Shown piece by piece: positions 1 through 11,931 of a stretch of 64,000 nt of DNA. Source of the stretch: Planctomycetota bacterium (GTDB taxonomy: Bacteria > Planctomycetota > PLA2 > JAEUHO01). The notes below the pieces were generated by a model that had not been told where the DNA came from, did no database searches, and saw only the letters and a list, made by a program, of their open reading frames with translations. Position numbers and translations under genes: made by a program. Positions within the stretch are counted from its first letter, which is position 1, and every line of letters begins with the position of its first letter. The stretch lies in assembly GCA_965223505.1 (NCBI GenBank), contig CBDCWP010000034.1, positions 160,001 through 224,000 on the forward strand. Reading direction: 5' to 3'.

Positions 1-1
1 G

Positions 2-2470
2 GTGCTCTTCAACGACATCCTTCCGTTCGGCATGCCGTTCTACAACTACACGCTCAACAAGAAGAAGCTCGGCGGTCTCATCAGCGACTGTCACAAGCTG
101 CTCGGCAAGAGCGCGACGTTGCGTCTCCTGGACGACATCAAGGACATCGGCTTCAAGTCGGCCACCCGGGCCGGCCTTTCCTTCGCCAAGAACGACATGC
201 GCGTTCCCGCCGCGAAGGACGAGGTCATCGACAAGGCCGAAGAAGAGGTCGGCGGCATCGAGCGGCACCTCAAGCGCGGTGAGATCACGCGCGGTGAGCG
301 CTACTCGAAGATCATCGACGTCTGGACGCGCGCCCGCGAAGAGGTCGGCCGGGTCATGATGGACTCGCTCAAGGAGGACATTCGCGACGGCCAGCCGTAC
401 CTCAACCCGATCTTCGCCATGGCGGACTCGGGCGCTCGAGGCTCGGTGGAGCAGATCCGTCAGTTGGCGGGCATGCGCGGGTTGATGGCGAAGCCGTCCG
501 GCAAGATCATCGAGACGCCGATCAAATCGAACTTCCGCGAGGGCCTGCACGTCCTGGAGTACTTCTCCTCGACGCACGGCGCCCGCAAGGGACTGGCCGA
601 TACGGCGCTCAAGACCGCGGACTCGGGCTACCTGACGCGCAAGCTCAGCGACGTCGCACAGAACGTGGTCGTCACCATGGACGACTGCGGCACGCTGAAC
701 GGCATCAGCAAGGGCGTCATCTTCAAGGGTGACAAGCTCGAGGTGTCGCTGTCGCAGGCCATCACCGGACGCGTCGCCCGCGACACGATCATCGACGTCG
801 TGACCGACGAGGTCGTCGTTCGCGAGGGCGAGCTGATCACCGAAGAGGTGGCGCAGCGCGTAGAGGGCATGGGCTACGAGAAGGTGCGCGTTCGTTCGCC
901 ACTCACGTGCGAGGCGCCGAGCGGCGTGTGCCGCCTTTGCTACGGCATGGACATGTCGCGGGGCCAGATGGTCGAGCCCGGCTTGGCCGTCGGCATCATC
1001 GCGGCGCAGTCGATCGGCGAGCCGGGCACCCAGCTCACGATGCGGACGTTCCACATCGGAGGCACGGCGACGCGCGGCGTCGAGGAGTCGGAGATCACCG
1101 CTTCCGCGAGCGGGTTCGTCCGCTACCACGAGCTGAACGTGGTCGAGGCGGCCAACAAGGAGCTCACCTGCATCAGCCGCAACGGCGAGATCATCATCGT
1201 GGACAGCCGCGAGCGCGAGCGCGACCGTTTCGTCGTACCGCTCGGCGGCATCGTCCAGGTGAAGGACGGCGATCCGATCAAGGAGAAGCAGGTACTGTTC
1301 ACCTGGGACCCCTTCAACGTTCCGATCCTGGCCGAGCGCGAAGGTGTCGCTCGTTTCGACGACATCGTCGACGGAAAGACGCTGCGCGAGGAGGTGGACC
1401 CGGGTTCCGGCGTCAAGCGCCGCGTGATCATGGAACACAAGGGCGACCTGCATCCGCAGATCATCATCGAGGACGAAAAGGGCACGCCGATCGCCCTGTA
1501 CCCGATTCCCGAGAAGGCTCACCTCGAGGTGGAGCCCGGGCAGAAGGTCGTGGCCGGCGCGCTGCTCGCCAAGACGCCGCGTGAGGTCACGGGTACGCAG
1601 GACATCGTCGGCGGTCTTCCGCGTGTGACCGAGGTGTACGAGGCGCGCCGTCCGAAGGAGCCGGCGACGTTGGCCGAGATCGACGGCGTCGTGGAGCTCG
1701 GCGACAAGCGCCGCGGCAAGCGCACCATCCTCGTGAAGTCCGACGGTGGTCAGGTCGTCGAGCATCTCGTGCCGCACGGAAAGCATCTGCGCGTCCACTC
1801 GGGCGACCGCGTGCGCGCCGGCGATTCGATGGTCGACGGGCCGCTGGTCCCGCACGACATCCTGCGCATCACGGGCATCGAGGCGTTGCAGGACTACCTG
1901 CTGCGCGAGGCCCAGAACGTGTACCGCAGCCAGAACGTCTCGATCGACGACAAGCACCACGAGATCATCATCGGACAGATGCTGCGCAAGGTGCGAGTCG
2001 AGGATCCGGGCGACACGGACCTCCTTCCGGGCGCCGTGGTGGACAAGTTCCGCTTCCGTCGCAAGAACAAGCGCGTGATCGAGGCCGGCGGCAAGCCGGC
2101 GCGTGCCGAGCCGCTGCTGCTCGGCATCACGAAGGCGTCGCTGCAGAGCGAGTCCTTCATCTCGGCCGCGTCGTTCCAGGAGACCACGAAGGTGCTGACG
2201 CAGGCCTCGCTGTCGGGGCGCGTCGACCACCTGATCGGTCTCAAGGAGAACGTCATTCTCGGCCACCTGATCCCGGCCGGCACGGGCTTCAAGGAGTACG
2301 TGCGCACCCGGGTCCAGAAGAACATCCCGCTCGAGGAGTCGGTCGCCGGCTTCGCGGAGATGCCCGAGGATCTGGAGGCCCTGCAGGAGCTCAAGGACCT
2401 GCTCGGCGCCGCGGACGAGGAGGAGATCACGGAGACGGGCGGCGAGCCGGAGGCCGCGCCGGGCTCCTAG
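2..2470 (+). CDS. rpoC: RNA polymerase beta' subunit (5' truncated by window edge)
   Basis: Motifs [46 protein letters not shown]. Confidence 0.99.
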   Translation: MLFNDILPFGMPFYNYTLNKKKLGGLISDCHKLLGKSATLRLLDDIKDIGFKSATRAGLSFAKNDMRVPAAKDEVIDKAEEEVGGIERHLKRGEITRGERYSKIIDVWTRAREEVGRVMMDSLKEDIRDGQPYLNPIFAMADSGARGSVEQIRQLAGMRGLMAKPSGKIIETPIKSNFREGLHVLEYFSSTHGARKGLADTALKTADSGYLTRKLSDVAQNVVVTMDDCGTLNGISKGVIFKGDKLEVSLSQAITGRVARDTIIDVVTDEVVVREGELITEEVAQRVEGMGYEKVRVRSPLTCEAPSGVCRLCYGMDMSRGQMVEPGLAVGIIAAQSIGEPGTQLTMRTFHIGGTATRGVEESEITASASGFVRYHELNVVEAANKELTCISRNGEIIIVDSRERERDRFVVPLGGIVQVKDGDPIKEKQVLFTWDPFNVPILAEREGVARFDDIVDGKTLREEVDPGSGVKRRVIMEHKGDLHPQIIIEDEKGTPIALYPIPEKAHLEVEPGQKVVAGALLAKTPREVTGTQDIVGGLPRVTEVYEARRPKEPATLAEIDGVVELGDKRRGKRTILVKSDGGQVVEHLVPHGKHLRVHSGDRVRAGDSMVDGPLVPHDILRITGIEALQDYLLREAQNVYRSQNVSIDDKHHEIIIGQMLRKVRVEDPGDTDLLPGAVVDKFRFRRKNKRVIEAGGKPARAEPLLLGITKASLQSESFISAASFQETTKVLTQASLSGRVDHLIGLKENVILGHLIPAGTGFKEYVRTRVQKNIPLEESVAGFAEMPEDLEALQELKDLLGAADEEEITETGGEPEAAPGS

Positions 2471-2626
2471 CCCCCTGACAAGGCGGTCGGCGGCGGTCTT
2501 CGACCCGCCGCCGGTCGCAGAACCACCCCTGAATCCGCTTCGGAGAGTCGCCGCGGATCGGGTACGGTGGTCGTTTCCAACCCGAGTTTGCGGCCGCTTC
2601 CGGGTGGAGGCGGCGCAGGAGCGAAG

Positions 2627-2998
2627 ATGCCGACGATCAACCAGCTTGTCCGCAAGGGGCGCAAGAAGATCCCCAACCGGAGCAAGAGTCCCGTGCTGGA
2701 GCAGTGCCCGCAGAAGCGCGGCGTGTGTCTGGCCGTCAAGACGCAGACGCCGAAGAAGCCGAACTCCGCGCTTCGCAAGATCGCCAGGATCCGCTTGTCG
2801 AACGGTCGCGAGGTCACGGCCTACATTCCGGGTGAAGGTCACAACCTTCAGGAGCACAGCATCGTGTTGATCCGCGGCGGCCGCGTTCGCGACCTCCCGG
2901 GCGTTCGGTATCACATCATCCGCGGCACGCTGGACTGCTCCGGTGTCGACGGTCGGAAGCAGCAGCGCTCGAAGTACGGGCAGAAGAAGAACAAGTAA
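2627..2998 (+). CDS. rpsL: 30S ribosomal protein S12
   Basis: [10 protein letters not shown]...[11 protein letters not shown]...[13 protein letters not shown] at 2627. Confidence 0.99.
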   Translation: MPTINQLVRKGRKKIPNRSKSPVLEQCPQKRGVCLAVKTQTPKKPNSALRKIARIRLSNGREVTAYIPGEGHNLQEHSIVLIRGGRVRDLPGVRYHIIRGTLDCSGVDGRKQQRSKYGQKKNK

Positions 2999-3474
2999 TG
3001 GCGGGCAAGTACTACCGGAGCTTCGAACACCTCCTCAAGCCGGACCCGGTCTACGGCGACCTCAACGTCGCCAAGTTCATCAGCTACATCATGCTGGACG
3101 GCAAGCGTTCGACCGCCGAGAAGATCTTCTACGACGCGCTGAAGGAGATCGGCAAGCGCGTCGGTGACCGCGAGCCCATCGAGGTGTGGCGTCAGGCGAT
3201 CGACAACGTCAAGCCCATGGTCGAGGTGCGCAGCCGTCGTGTCGGCGGCGCGAACTACCAGGTGCCCGTGCAGGTCAGCGGCAAGCGCCAGCGCGCGCTC
3301 GCGTATCGCTGGTTGCTCGAAGCGGCCCGCGCTCGCAAGGGTCGTCCCATGCGCCGCGGTCTCGCGGAAGAGCTTCTGGCCGCCTACAACAAGGAAGGCG
3401 GCGCCTACCTCAAGCGCGAGAACGCCCACAAGCAGGCCGAGGCGAACAAGGCCTTCGCCCACTTCGCCTGGTAA
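2998..3474 (+). CDS. rpsG: 30S ribosomal protein S7
   Basis: EVRSRRVGGANYQVP, AEANKAFAHF. Confidence 0.99.
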   Translation: MAGKYYRSFEHLLKPDPVYGDLNVAKFISYIMLDGKRSTAEKIFYDALKEIGKRVGDREPIEVWRQAIDNVKPMVEVRSRRVGGANYQVPVQVSGKRQRALAYRWLLEAARARKGRPMRRGLAEELLAAYNKEGGAYLKRENAHKQAEANKAFAHFAW

Positions 3475-3571
3475 GCGGGCGACGCAGGGCGGCGCGCTGC
3501 GTCGTCGGCGTCGTCGTTGCGTGGCAGACCACGCGGCCTCCTAGCCTCCTTGCATCGCATCCACCCTGCGC

Positions 3572-3711
3572 CGCCCGCGGCGAACAAGGTGAAGCGGCAC
3601 GCGACGAAACAGATCGCTTGAAGCGTACGAACGAGCCTTACGCGCCCGCGGCGAACAGGGTGGAGCGGCACGCGACGATACAGTTTGTTCAACACGTTGA
3701 ACGAGCCTTAC
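3572..3711. repeat. Imperfect ~71-bp tandem direct repeat (2 copies)
   Basis: cgcccgcggcgaaca..g.agcggcacgcgacga.acag...gaacgagccttac starts at 3572 and again at 3643. Confidence 0.85.
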
Positions 3712-3720
3712 CATTCGCGC

Positions 3721-4284
3721 ATGAAGCGAACGCATCTCGTGCTCATGGTCGCAGCCCTGTTGATGGGAGGCTGCTCGTCCGGCGGGACTGGTGGAAAGGC
3801 GCCCTCGGCAGGGTCGGATACGGGTAGATCGACGAGCGATCCGCGCGTCAAGAGCTTCAAGGGGCAGCCGGCACCGGCGCTCTCGGCCGACGGACGCATG
3901 GCCAGCGCGAACGCGCCCGCCGGACTCGACGGGTTCAAAGGGCGAACCGTGTTCCTCATGTTCGCTTTCCCGCGGTGACCCGCCTGCCGGGCCATGATGC
4001 CCCACCTGGTCAGGTGGCAAGAAACGTACCGCTCCGAAGGCCTCGACATCGTCTACGTCGACGACGGCCGGCGCGACTCGCTCGTCTCCGCACAAGAGAT
4101 GGCGCGCAACAACCCCTTCACCGTCTTCCATGACACCTCCGGCGCGTCGAATCAGACGTACGGGATTCGCGCGTATCCGACCGCCTACATCCTCGACCGG
4201 AACGGCAACGTCATCTGGGAAGGCATCCCCGTCTTCAACACCTTCACCACTGAGGTGGCGATCCTCGCCGCGCTCGCCCGGTAG
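3721..4284 (+). CDS. TlpA/thioredoxin-fold lipoprotein, predicted selenoprotein (UxxC), in-frame TGA at 3976-3978
   Basis: ORFs 3685..3978 and 3994..4284 share a frame; read-through gives FAFPR-U-PAC-RAMMPHL; lipobox-like MGGC; C-terminal YGIRAYPTAYILDRNG typical of TlpA. Confidence 0.85.
3998..4019 (+). promoter_or_regulatory. Candidate bacterial SECIS hairpin
   Basis: CCACCT-GGTC-AGGTGG stem-loop; apical loop starts ~30 nt after the UGA; GGUC loop as in the E. coli fdhF SECIS. Confidence 0.75.
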
Positions 4285-4368
4285 GGGATGGGATAGGGGG
4301 TGGCAGCCCTGATCCTCGGTCGTGCCAAGTGTGTTTACGGCATCAGCCGAGGAAGGAACTGCCACCCC

Positions 4369-5415
4369 ATGACTGCGTACCACGTCGGAATCGACCTGCA
4401 CAAGAGTGTCGCCCAAATCTGCGTCCGTGATGCGAAGGGCGAGATCGAAGAGGAGCGGCGGTGGCGCCTGCCGGATCGAAAGGCGGCCGCGGCGCTGGTT
4501 GCGTTTCTTGGCACCTACGGCGGCGGGCGCTTCGCGGTGGAAGCGTTGGGCTGCAACCGCTGGTTCGTGCTGGCCTGCCGCGAAGCGGGTTTGGAGATGC
4601 TTGTGGTGGACGCCACGAAGCTCGATCTGAAGAAGCAGGGCAAGAAGACGGATCGACGCGACGCCCAGGAGATCTCGCGCCGGCTGTACCTTGGCGACCT
4701 GGACCGCTACGCACTGACCTACTTCGCCACCGAAGCCGAGTTCGGCCAGCGCAAGGTGTTGCGGGTTCGGCATCAGCTCGTTCAGCATCGAACCAGCGTG
4801 CTGGCGCACATCCGCGGCATGCTCAACGCGTACCTGCTGCGAGCGCCGGTGACGCAGCTGTACACCAAGCGCGGGATCCAGTGGCTTCGCGAGCAGCGAC
4901 TGGGTGATGAGAACCAGGATCTGGCGCTGCAGTCGCTGGTGGATGTCGTTGCGGCTCTGCAGGAGCGCATCGAGAAGCTCACCGCTCGAATCCGCGAGTT
5001 GGCCGAGCAGGACGAAGTCTCAGGCTGGATCGTTCGGAATCTGCCACAGGCGGGAGCCCAGACGGCTCTGACGCTTCAAGCTGAGTTGGGTGACGCAACC
5101 CGCTTCCGCGGTGCTCGACAGATCTCGAGCTATGGGGGTGTCGTTCCACGCGTTTCGGCCTCGGCGGATCGAGCGCACCACGGCCGCATGACCAAACGCG
5201 GAAACGCCGAGTTGCGTTGGGTGCTGGGGCAATGGGCGGTTCGGTTGCTGGCCTTCGACCCAGAGGTGAAGGCGTGGGCACAGCCGATGCTCAGGCGCAT
5301 GCACCGCAACAAGGTTCGAATGGCGCTTGCACGCCGGCTACTGGTGGGCGTGTGGGTGATGTTCTCGCGTGGCGAGGTGTTCTCGCTGCGTCGGTGCCTA
5401 GGCCAGGCTGCCTGA
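4369..5415 (+). CDS. IS110-family DEDD transposase/recombinase
   Basis: GIDLHK, AVEA, KTDRRDA (DEDD RuvC-like); C-terminal GVVPRVSASAD...HGRMTKRGNAELRW, ALARRL. Confidence 0.95.
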   Translation: MTAYHVGIDLHKSVAQICVRDAKGEIEEERRWRLPDRKAAAALVAFLGTYGGGRFAVEALGCNRWFVLACREAGLEMLVVDATKLDLKKQGKKTDRRDAQEISRRLYLGDLDRYALTYFATEAEFGQRKVLRVRHQLVQHRTSVLAHIRGMLNAYLLRAPVTQLYTKRGIQWLREQRLGDENQDLALQSLVDVVAALQERIEKLTARIRELAEQDEVSGWIVRNLPQAGAQTALTLQAELGDATRFRGARQISSYGGVVPRVSASADRAHHGRMTKRGNAELRWVLGQWAVRLLAFDPEVKAWAQPMLRRMHRNKVRMALARRLLVGVWVMFSRGEVFSLRRCLGQAA

Positions 5416-5624
5416 GCGAACGCACTGAGAGAGAGGAAGCGAAACCAGGAATCGGACACCAACGGGCGCGTACTCCGGCGGGCCGCTGAGCGCATCAGCT
5501 CGTGTAGGCGATTGAGAGGCGCGTCCGACTCCCCCTCATGACGCCGCCCGAATAGGCGAGCTCGAAAACCCGAGTGGACGGATCCGACCCTGGCGACGCG
5601 GAAAGGACGCACGGCCGACAGAAA
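5416..5624 (+). ncRNA. Candidate bridge/seek RNA of the IS110 element
   Basis: ~210-nt 3' non-coding region with segments matching the target (GTAGG 5504-5508, CGCC 5542-5545) and the donor junction (AAACC 5566-5570, ATCC 5582-5585). Confidence 0.7.
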
Positions 5625-5646
5625 AGGGCTTGCCATTCCCTAAACC

Positions 5647-5710
5647 GGCGACCCTTGTGGTCGCCCAATCGGCCCGTCCCTGATCGAGCGGCCACGAGGG
5701 CCGCCCCGAC
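5647..5710. repeat. REP doublet (first copy interrupted by IS110, second degenerate and inverted)
   Basis: ggcgacccttgtggtcgcccaat ... gagcggccacgagggccgccccgac. Confidence 0.8.
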
Positions 5711-5723
5711 ATCGACCGCCGAT

Positions 5724-6407
5724 TCACGACCGCGGCCGCAGGACCTGTTGCCGGCGCTTGAACCAGAACGGAACGTACAGCAGTGCGTAGAGCACGACCG
5801 ATAGCGCCTCGGCAACGAGGATGTAGTACGGCCACGGTCCGAAGTAGTCGAGCGGCGTCGCCGAATCAGGCTTCTCGCGCAAGAACATGTAGTTCGTGTC
5901 CGCCATCCAATTGACGCCCGCCATCACCAACGCCACGACGTTGACCGCCACGAGCGCACGCCAGACCGCCCCCGGCCGCGGTGGCAGCCCGAAACGGAAC
6001 GCGACGCCCACCGCGGCCACCGTCAAGGCGCCGTGCTTCACGAAGTAGGCGATCACGACCAGCAGATCGCGATGGTCCGGCAGGTCGGGCGTGACGATCG
6101 CGAGAAACGCGCCCGACGCGCCCCACAGGTAGGTGAGCTCGGCCATGAGCCGGTTGCGCGTCAGCAACGCGGCGATCGCAACGCCGACGCTGATGTCGCA
6201 CAGCGCCAACGGCGCCGCAGGACGCCAATCGCCGCCGTTCAGCAGGAACTCGCCGACCGACTCGACCGCGACGCCGAAGACGAGCAACAGTGTGATCACC
6301 CAACGCAGCGGCGTCTCCGGCAGGAACGACGCCCGGACCAAGAACACCGACGCCGCGGCGACGATCGCGACGATGACGCCGATCTCCGACGCGCCGACAT
6401 CGGGCAT
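5724..6407 (-). CDS. YwaF-like (TIGR02206-type) integral membrane protein
   Basis: PLALCD, LAIVTPDL, TNYMFLREKP...LDYFGPWPYY motifs; several hydrophobic helices; start uncertain. Confidence 0.8.
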   Translation of the reverse strand: MPDVGASEIGVIVAIVAAASVFLVRASFLPETPLRWVITLLLVFGVAVESVGEFLLNGGDWRPAAPLALCDISVGVAIAALLTRNRLMAELTYLWGASGAFLAIVTPDLPDHRDLLVVIAYFVKHGALTVAAVGVAFRFGLPPRPGAVWRALVAVNVVALVMAGVNWMADTNYMFLREKPDSATPLDYFGPWPYYILVAEALSVVLYALLYVPFWFKRRQQVLRPRS

Positions 6408-6575
6408 CGGCCTCAAGCCCCGTCGATCGCTGCGAGTCCACGGCTGTCTTGCATGGCGTCTCCCGAGGACGCCTAGCATACGATCCGCGCTGACGCTCAG
6501 ATCCGGGATTGGGGCGCCGGAAATCCGCCGTATCCTCGTCGCGCCGCCATGCCGGCGGGTCGGACGGACTGCCCC

Positions 6576-8645
<2,070 letters not shown>

Positions 8646-9052
8646 CGGCCGGTCCTCCCGGCAAGCGGGGCTCCATGGAGACGAGTCCAGACTTCCGCCT
8701 CGCCTGTCCCGTCTCCCGGGGACGCCTTTCGCATCTCCGTAAGTATTCCGTTCGCACCCCTTGGCCACGCCGCCGAGGCCCCTCGGACCCGCACTTTCCG
8801 GGCTCTCGCCGCCAATTCCCTCCGCGCCTTTTGTCGTGTCCCTGTCCCGGGCTCACTAACATCCGGGCTTCTGCGTTCATTTCTCGTCGCGTGTCGTCCG
8901 GAGGGGCGACAGACCTTCGGGATGAGTCGGGAGGGTGCAAGCCCTCGGGCGACGAATGCGGATCCCCGTTTTTTGCACCCAATCCGTGCGGTGTCGCCGC
9001 CTCGGCCGGGATTCCCAGCCGCGGTACGGCCTCACGAGAGGGCCACGACTAC

Positions 9053-9361
<309 letters not shown>

Positions 9362-9363
9362 GC

Positions 9364-10086
9364 ATGGCCAGCATCAAGACACTCAAGGGCAGCAAGGTCT
9401 CCGACGCGAAGATCGACGACGCCCTCTTCGGCGAGAAGCTCCATCCCGTCGTGCTGCGTGAGGCCGTCCTCATGTACCAGGCGAACCAGCGGGTCGGCAC
9501 GCACCAGACGCGCACGCGGCGCTTCGTCAGCGGCACGAGCGCGAAGATGTACAAGCAGAAGCACACCGGCCGCGCGCGTCACGGTGACCGCAAGGCGCCG
9601 CAGTTCCGTGGTGGCGGCGTCGCCCACGGCCCGCACCCGCGCGACTACTCGTACAAGATGCCGCGCAAGGCGCTGAAGCAGGCGCTCAGAGTCGCGCTCG
9701 CGGGGAAGCTGCGCGACGGCGAGATCTACCGTTGGGAAGGCGGCAGCCTCGACAACCCGTCCACCAAGGCCGTCGTCGGCGTCCTGGAGAAGCTCGGCGC
9801 TTCGCAAAGTGCCCTGTTCCTCTTTGCCGGCGAGACCGACCGCAACCTCGTGCTCTCCGTGCGCAACCTGCGCCGCGTGCGGGCGCTGTCCGCCGACGAG
9901 GTCAACGCGTACGACCTCGTCGCCCACGACGATCTCGTCCTGCTCGACGGCGCGCTCGAGGCGCTCTTGGCCCGGGTGAGCGCCGAGGAGGCCGCGCCGG
10001 CCGCCGGCGGCGAAGGGGAAGGCGAGAGCCTCACCGAGGCGTTCGGCGACGCGTTCGACGCCGCGTTCCAGAAGGGTGATGAGTAA
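9364..10086 (+). CDS. rplD: 50S ribosomal protein L4 (acidic C-terminal extension)
   Basis: KQKHTGRARHG...GGGVAHGPHPRDY. Confidence 0.98.
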   Translation: MASIKTLKGSKVSDAKIDDALFGEKLHPVVLREAVLMYQANQRVGTHQTRTRRFVSGTSAKMYKQKHTGRARHGDRKAPQFRGGGVAHGPHPRDYSYKMPRKALKQALRVALAGKLRDGEIYRWEGGSLDNPSTKAVVGVLEKLGASQSALFLFAGETDRNLVLSVRNLRRVRALSADEVNAYDLVAHDDLVLLDGALEALLARVSAEEAAPAAGGEGEGESLTEAFGDAFDAAFQKGDE

Positions 10087-10373
10087 TGAAGGCTGATTCC
10101 GCCAACGCCGCCATCGTGCGGCCGCTGATCACCGAGAAGACGCTGCGCCTCGCGGAGCGTTCCAACGCCTACACGTTCCAGGTCCATCCGAAGGCCAACA
10201 AGGTCCAGATTCGCGAAGCGATCAGCGACATGTTCGACGTGCACGTGTTGTCGGTCCGCACGCAGAACTACATGGGTAAGTTCCGCCGTGTCGGCCGTTA
10301 CACGGGTGCCACGAACAGCTGGAAGAAGGCTGTCGTGCGACTCCGCGACGGAGACACGATCGAGTTCTATTGA
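10086..10373 (+). CDS. rplW: 50S ribosomal protein L23
   Basis: PLITEK, ANKVQIR, WKKAVV. Confidence 0.98.
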   Translation: MKADSANAAIVRPLITEKTLRLAERSNAYTFQVHPKANKVQIREAISDMFDVHVLSVRTQNYMGKFRRVGRYTGATNSWKKAVVRLRDGDTIEFY

Positions 10374-10382
10374 TCAGTTTTC

Positions 10383-10417
10383 CAGGCGTCTCGACCTCAG
10401 GTCGGGGCGCCTGTTTT
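10383..10417 (+). terminator. Terminator-like hairpin between rplW and rplB
   Basis: caggcgtctcgacc-tca-ggtcggggcgcctg followed by tttt. Confidence 0.5.
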
Positions 10418-10434
10418 CGTTAGGAAGCAACAAG

Positions 10435-11283
10435 ATGCCGATTCGTCGCGTCAAGCCCACGACCAACGGTCAGCGAGGTCTCTCGTATCTCGATACGAGC
10501 GACCTGACCAAGAAGCGTCCCGAGAAGCGCCTGACCAAGGGTCTGCGCAAGTCGGGCGGCCGCAACAACCTCGGCCGCATGACCGTTCGCCGTCGCGGCG
10601 GCGGGCACAAACGCCTCTACCGCCAGATCGACTGGAAGCGCAACGACAAGGACGGGATCCCCGCCAAGGTCGCCGCGCTCGAGTACGACCCGAACCGCAA
10701 CGCGCGCCTGCACCTCCTGCAGTACGCCGACGGCGAGAAGCGGTACGTCCTGGCGGTCAACAACGTCAAGGTCGGCGCGACGGTCCACAACGGCTCCAAC
10801 GCCGAGTACAAGGCCGGCAACAACATGGAGCTCAAGGACATCCCGGTCGGCCTGATCGTTCACGCCGTCGAGATGGTCCCCGGCAAGGGCGCGCAGCTCG
10901 CGCGCGGCGCCGGCACGCAGTGCACGCTCAGCGCCAAGGAGGGCAAGTACGCCTTGCTCACCCTGCCGTCGGGCGAGATGCGCAAGGTTCACATCCGCTG
11001 TCGGGCCACCATCGGCCAGGTCGGCAACGTCGACGTCAGCCTCGTCAAGATCGGCAAAGCCGGCCGCAACCGTCACAAGGGCAAACGCCCGAAGGTGCGG
11101 GGCTCGGCCATGAACCCCGTCGCGCACCCGATGGGCGGCGGCGAGGGGCGTCGCTCGGGCGGGCGCCATCCGAAGTCGAAGTGGGGGCAGCTGTCCAAGG
11201 GCGGCAACACCCGCAACCCGCGCAAGGGTTCGTCTCGTTTCATCGTTCGCGGCCGCAAGCGCGGCAAGCAGGTTGGGAAGTAA
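10435..11283 (+). CDS. rplB: 50S ribosomal protein L2
   Basis: [20 protein letters not shown]. Confidence 0.99.
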   Translation: MPIRRVKPTTNGQRGLSYLDTSDLTKKRPEKRLTKGLRKSGGRNNLGRMTVRRRGGGHKRLYRQIDWKRNDKDGIPAKVAALEYDPNRNARLHLLQYADGEKRYVLAVNNVKVGATVHNGSNAEYKAGNNMELKDIPVGLIVHAVEMVPGKGAQLARGAGTQCTLSAKEGKYALLTLPSGEMRKVHIRCRATIGQVGNVDVSLVKIGKAGRNRHKGKRPKVRGSAMNPVAHPMGGGEGRRSGGRHPKSKWGQLSKGGNTRNPRKGSSRFIVRGRKRGKQVGK

Positions 11284-11285
11284 TC

Positions 11286-11546
11286 ATGGGACGCAGTCTC
11301 AAAAAGGGGCCGTACGTCGACGAGCGCTTGTTCGAGCGCGTCATGGCGATGGGCGCCCGCAAGGATCCGCTGAAGACCTGGGCGCGCCGATGCGACATCG
11401 TGCCGGAGTTCGTGGGACACACGTTCCTCGTCCACAACGGCAAGCAGTTCATCCGCGTGTACGTCACGGAAGACATGGTCGGGCACAAGCTCGGTGAGTT
11501 CGCGCCGACCCGTCTCTTCCGCGGTCACGCCGGTCGGGGTAGGTAG
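11286..11546 (+). CDS. rpsS: 30S ribosomal protein S19
   Basis: [10 protein letters not shown]...[11 protein letters not shown]. Confidence 0.99.
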   Translation: MGRSLKKGPYVDERLFERVMAMGARKDPLKTWARRCDIVPEFVGHTFLVHNGKQFIRVYVTEDMVGHKLGEFAPTRLFRGHAGRGR

Positions 11547-11548
11547 AC

Positions 11549-11929
11549 ATGGCGAAGTCGAAGACAGCTCCCGAGCAGAAGCGATTCGTCGCATCGCACA
11601 AGATGGCGCGCATCAGCCCGTTCAAGGCGCGCGGCGTCATCGACATGGTGCGCGGCAAGCCGGTCGACGAGGCGCTGCACATCCTCGAGTTCGAGCACAA
11701 GCGCGCCGCGCCGATGATCCGCAAGGTCATCCGCTCCGCGCTCGCCAACGCCTCGAACGACCTCAACGTGAACCTGAAGAACCTCGTCGTCGTCGACGCG
11801 CGCGTCGACGGCGCCGGGCTCCTGAACGGCCGCCGCCGCTGGCAGCCGCGCGCGATGGGCCGTGCGTTTCCGATCCTGAAGCGCATGAGCCACATCTCGA
11901 TCGCGCTGGCCGAAGCGAGCGAGGAGTAG
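11549..11929 (+). CDS. rplV: 50S ribosomal protein L22
   Basis: RISPFKAR, PRAMGRA, KRMSHI. Confidence 0.98.
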   Translation: MAKSKTAPEQKRFVASHKMARISPFKARGVIDMVRGKPVDEALHILEFEHKRAAPMIRKVIRSALANASNDLNVNLKNLVVVDARVDGAGLLNGRRRWQPRAMGRAFPILKRMSHISIALAEASEE

Positions 11930-11931
11930 CA

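Larger units (their letters stand above)
4286..5648 (+). mobile_element. IS110-family insertion sequence (IS1111-type) inserted in a REP repeat; GG core at both ends
   Basis: Sub-terminal imperfect IRs 4294-4310 (tagggggtggcagccct) and 5625-5642 (agggcttgccattcccta); removing the element restores gtaggGGcgacccttgtggtcgccc. Confidence 0.88.
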
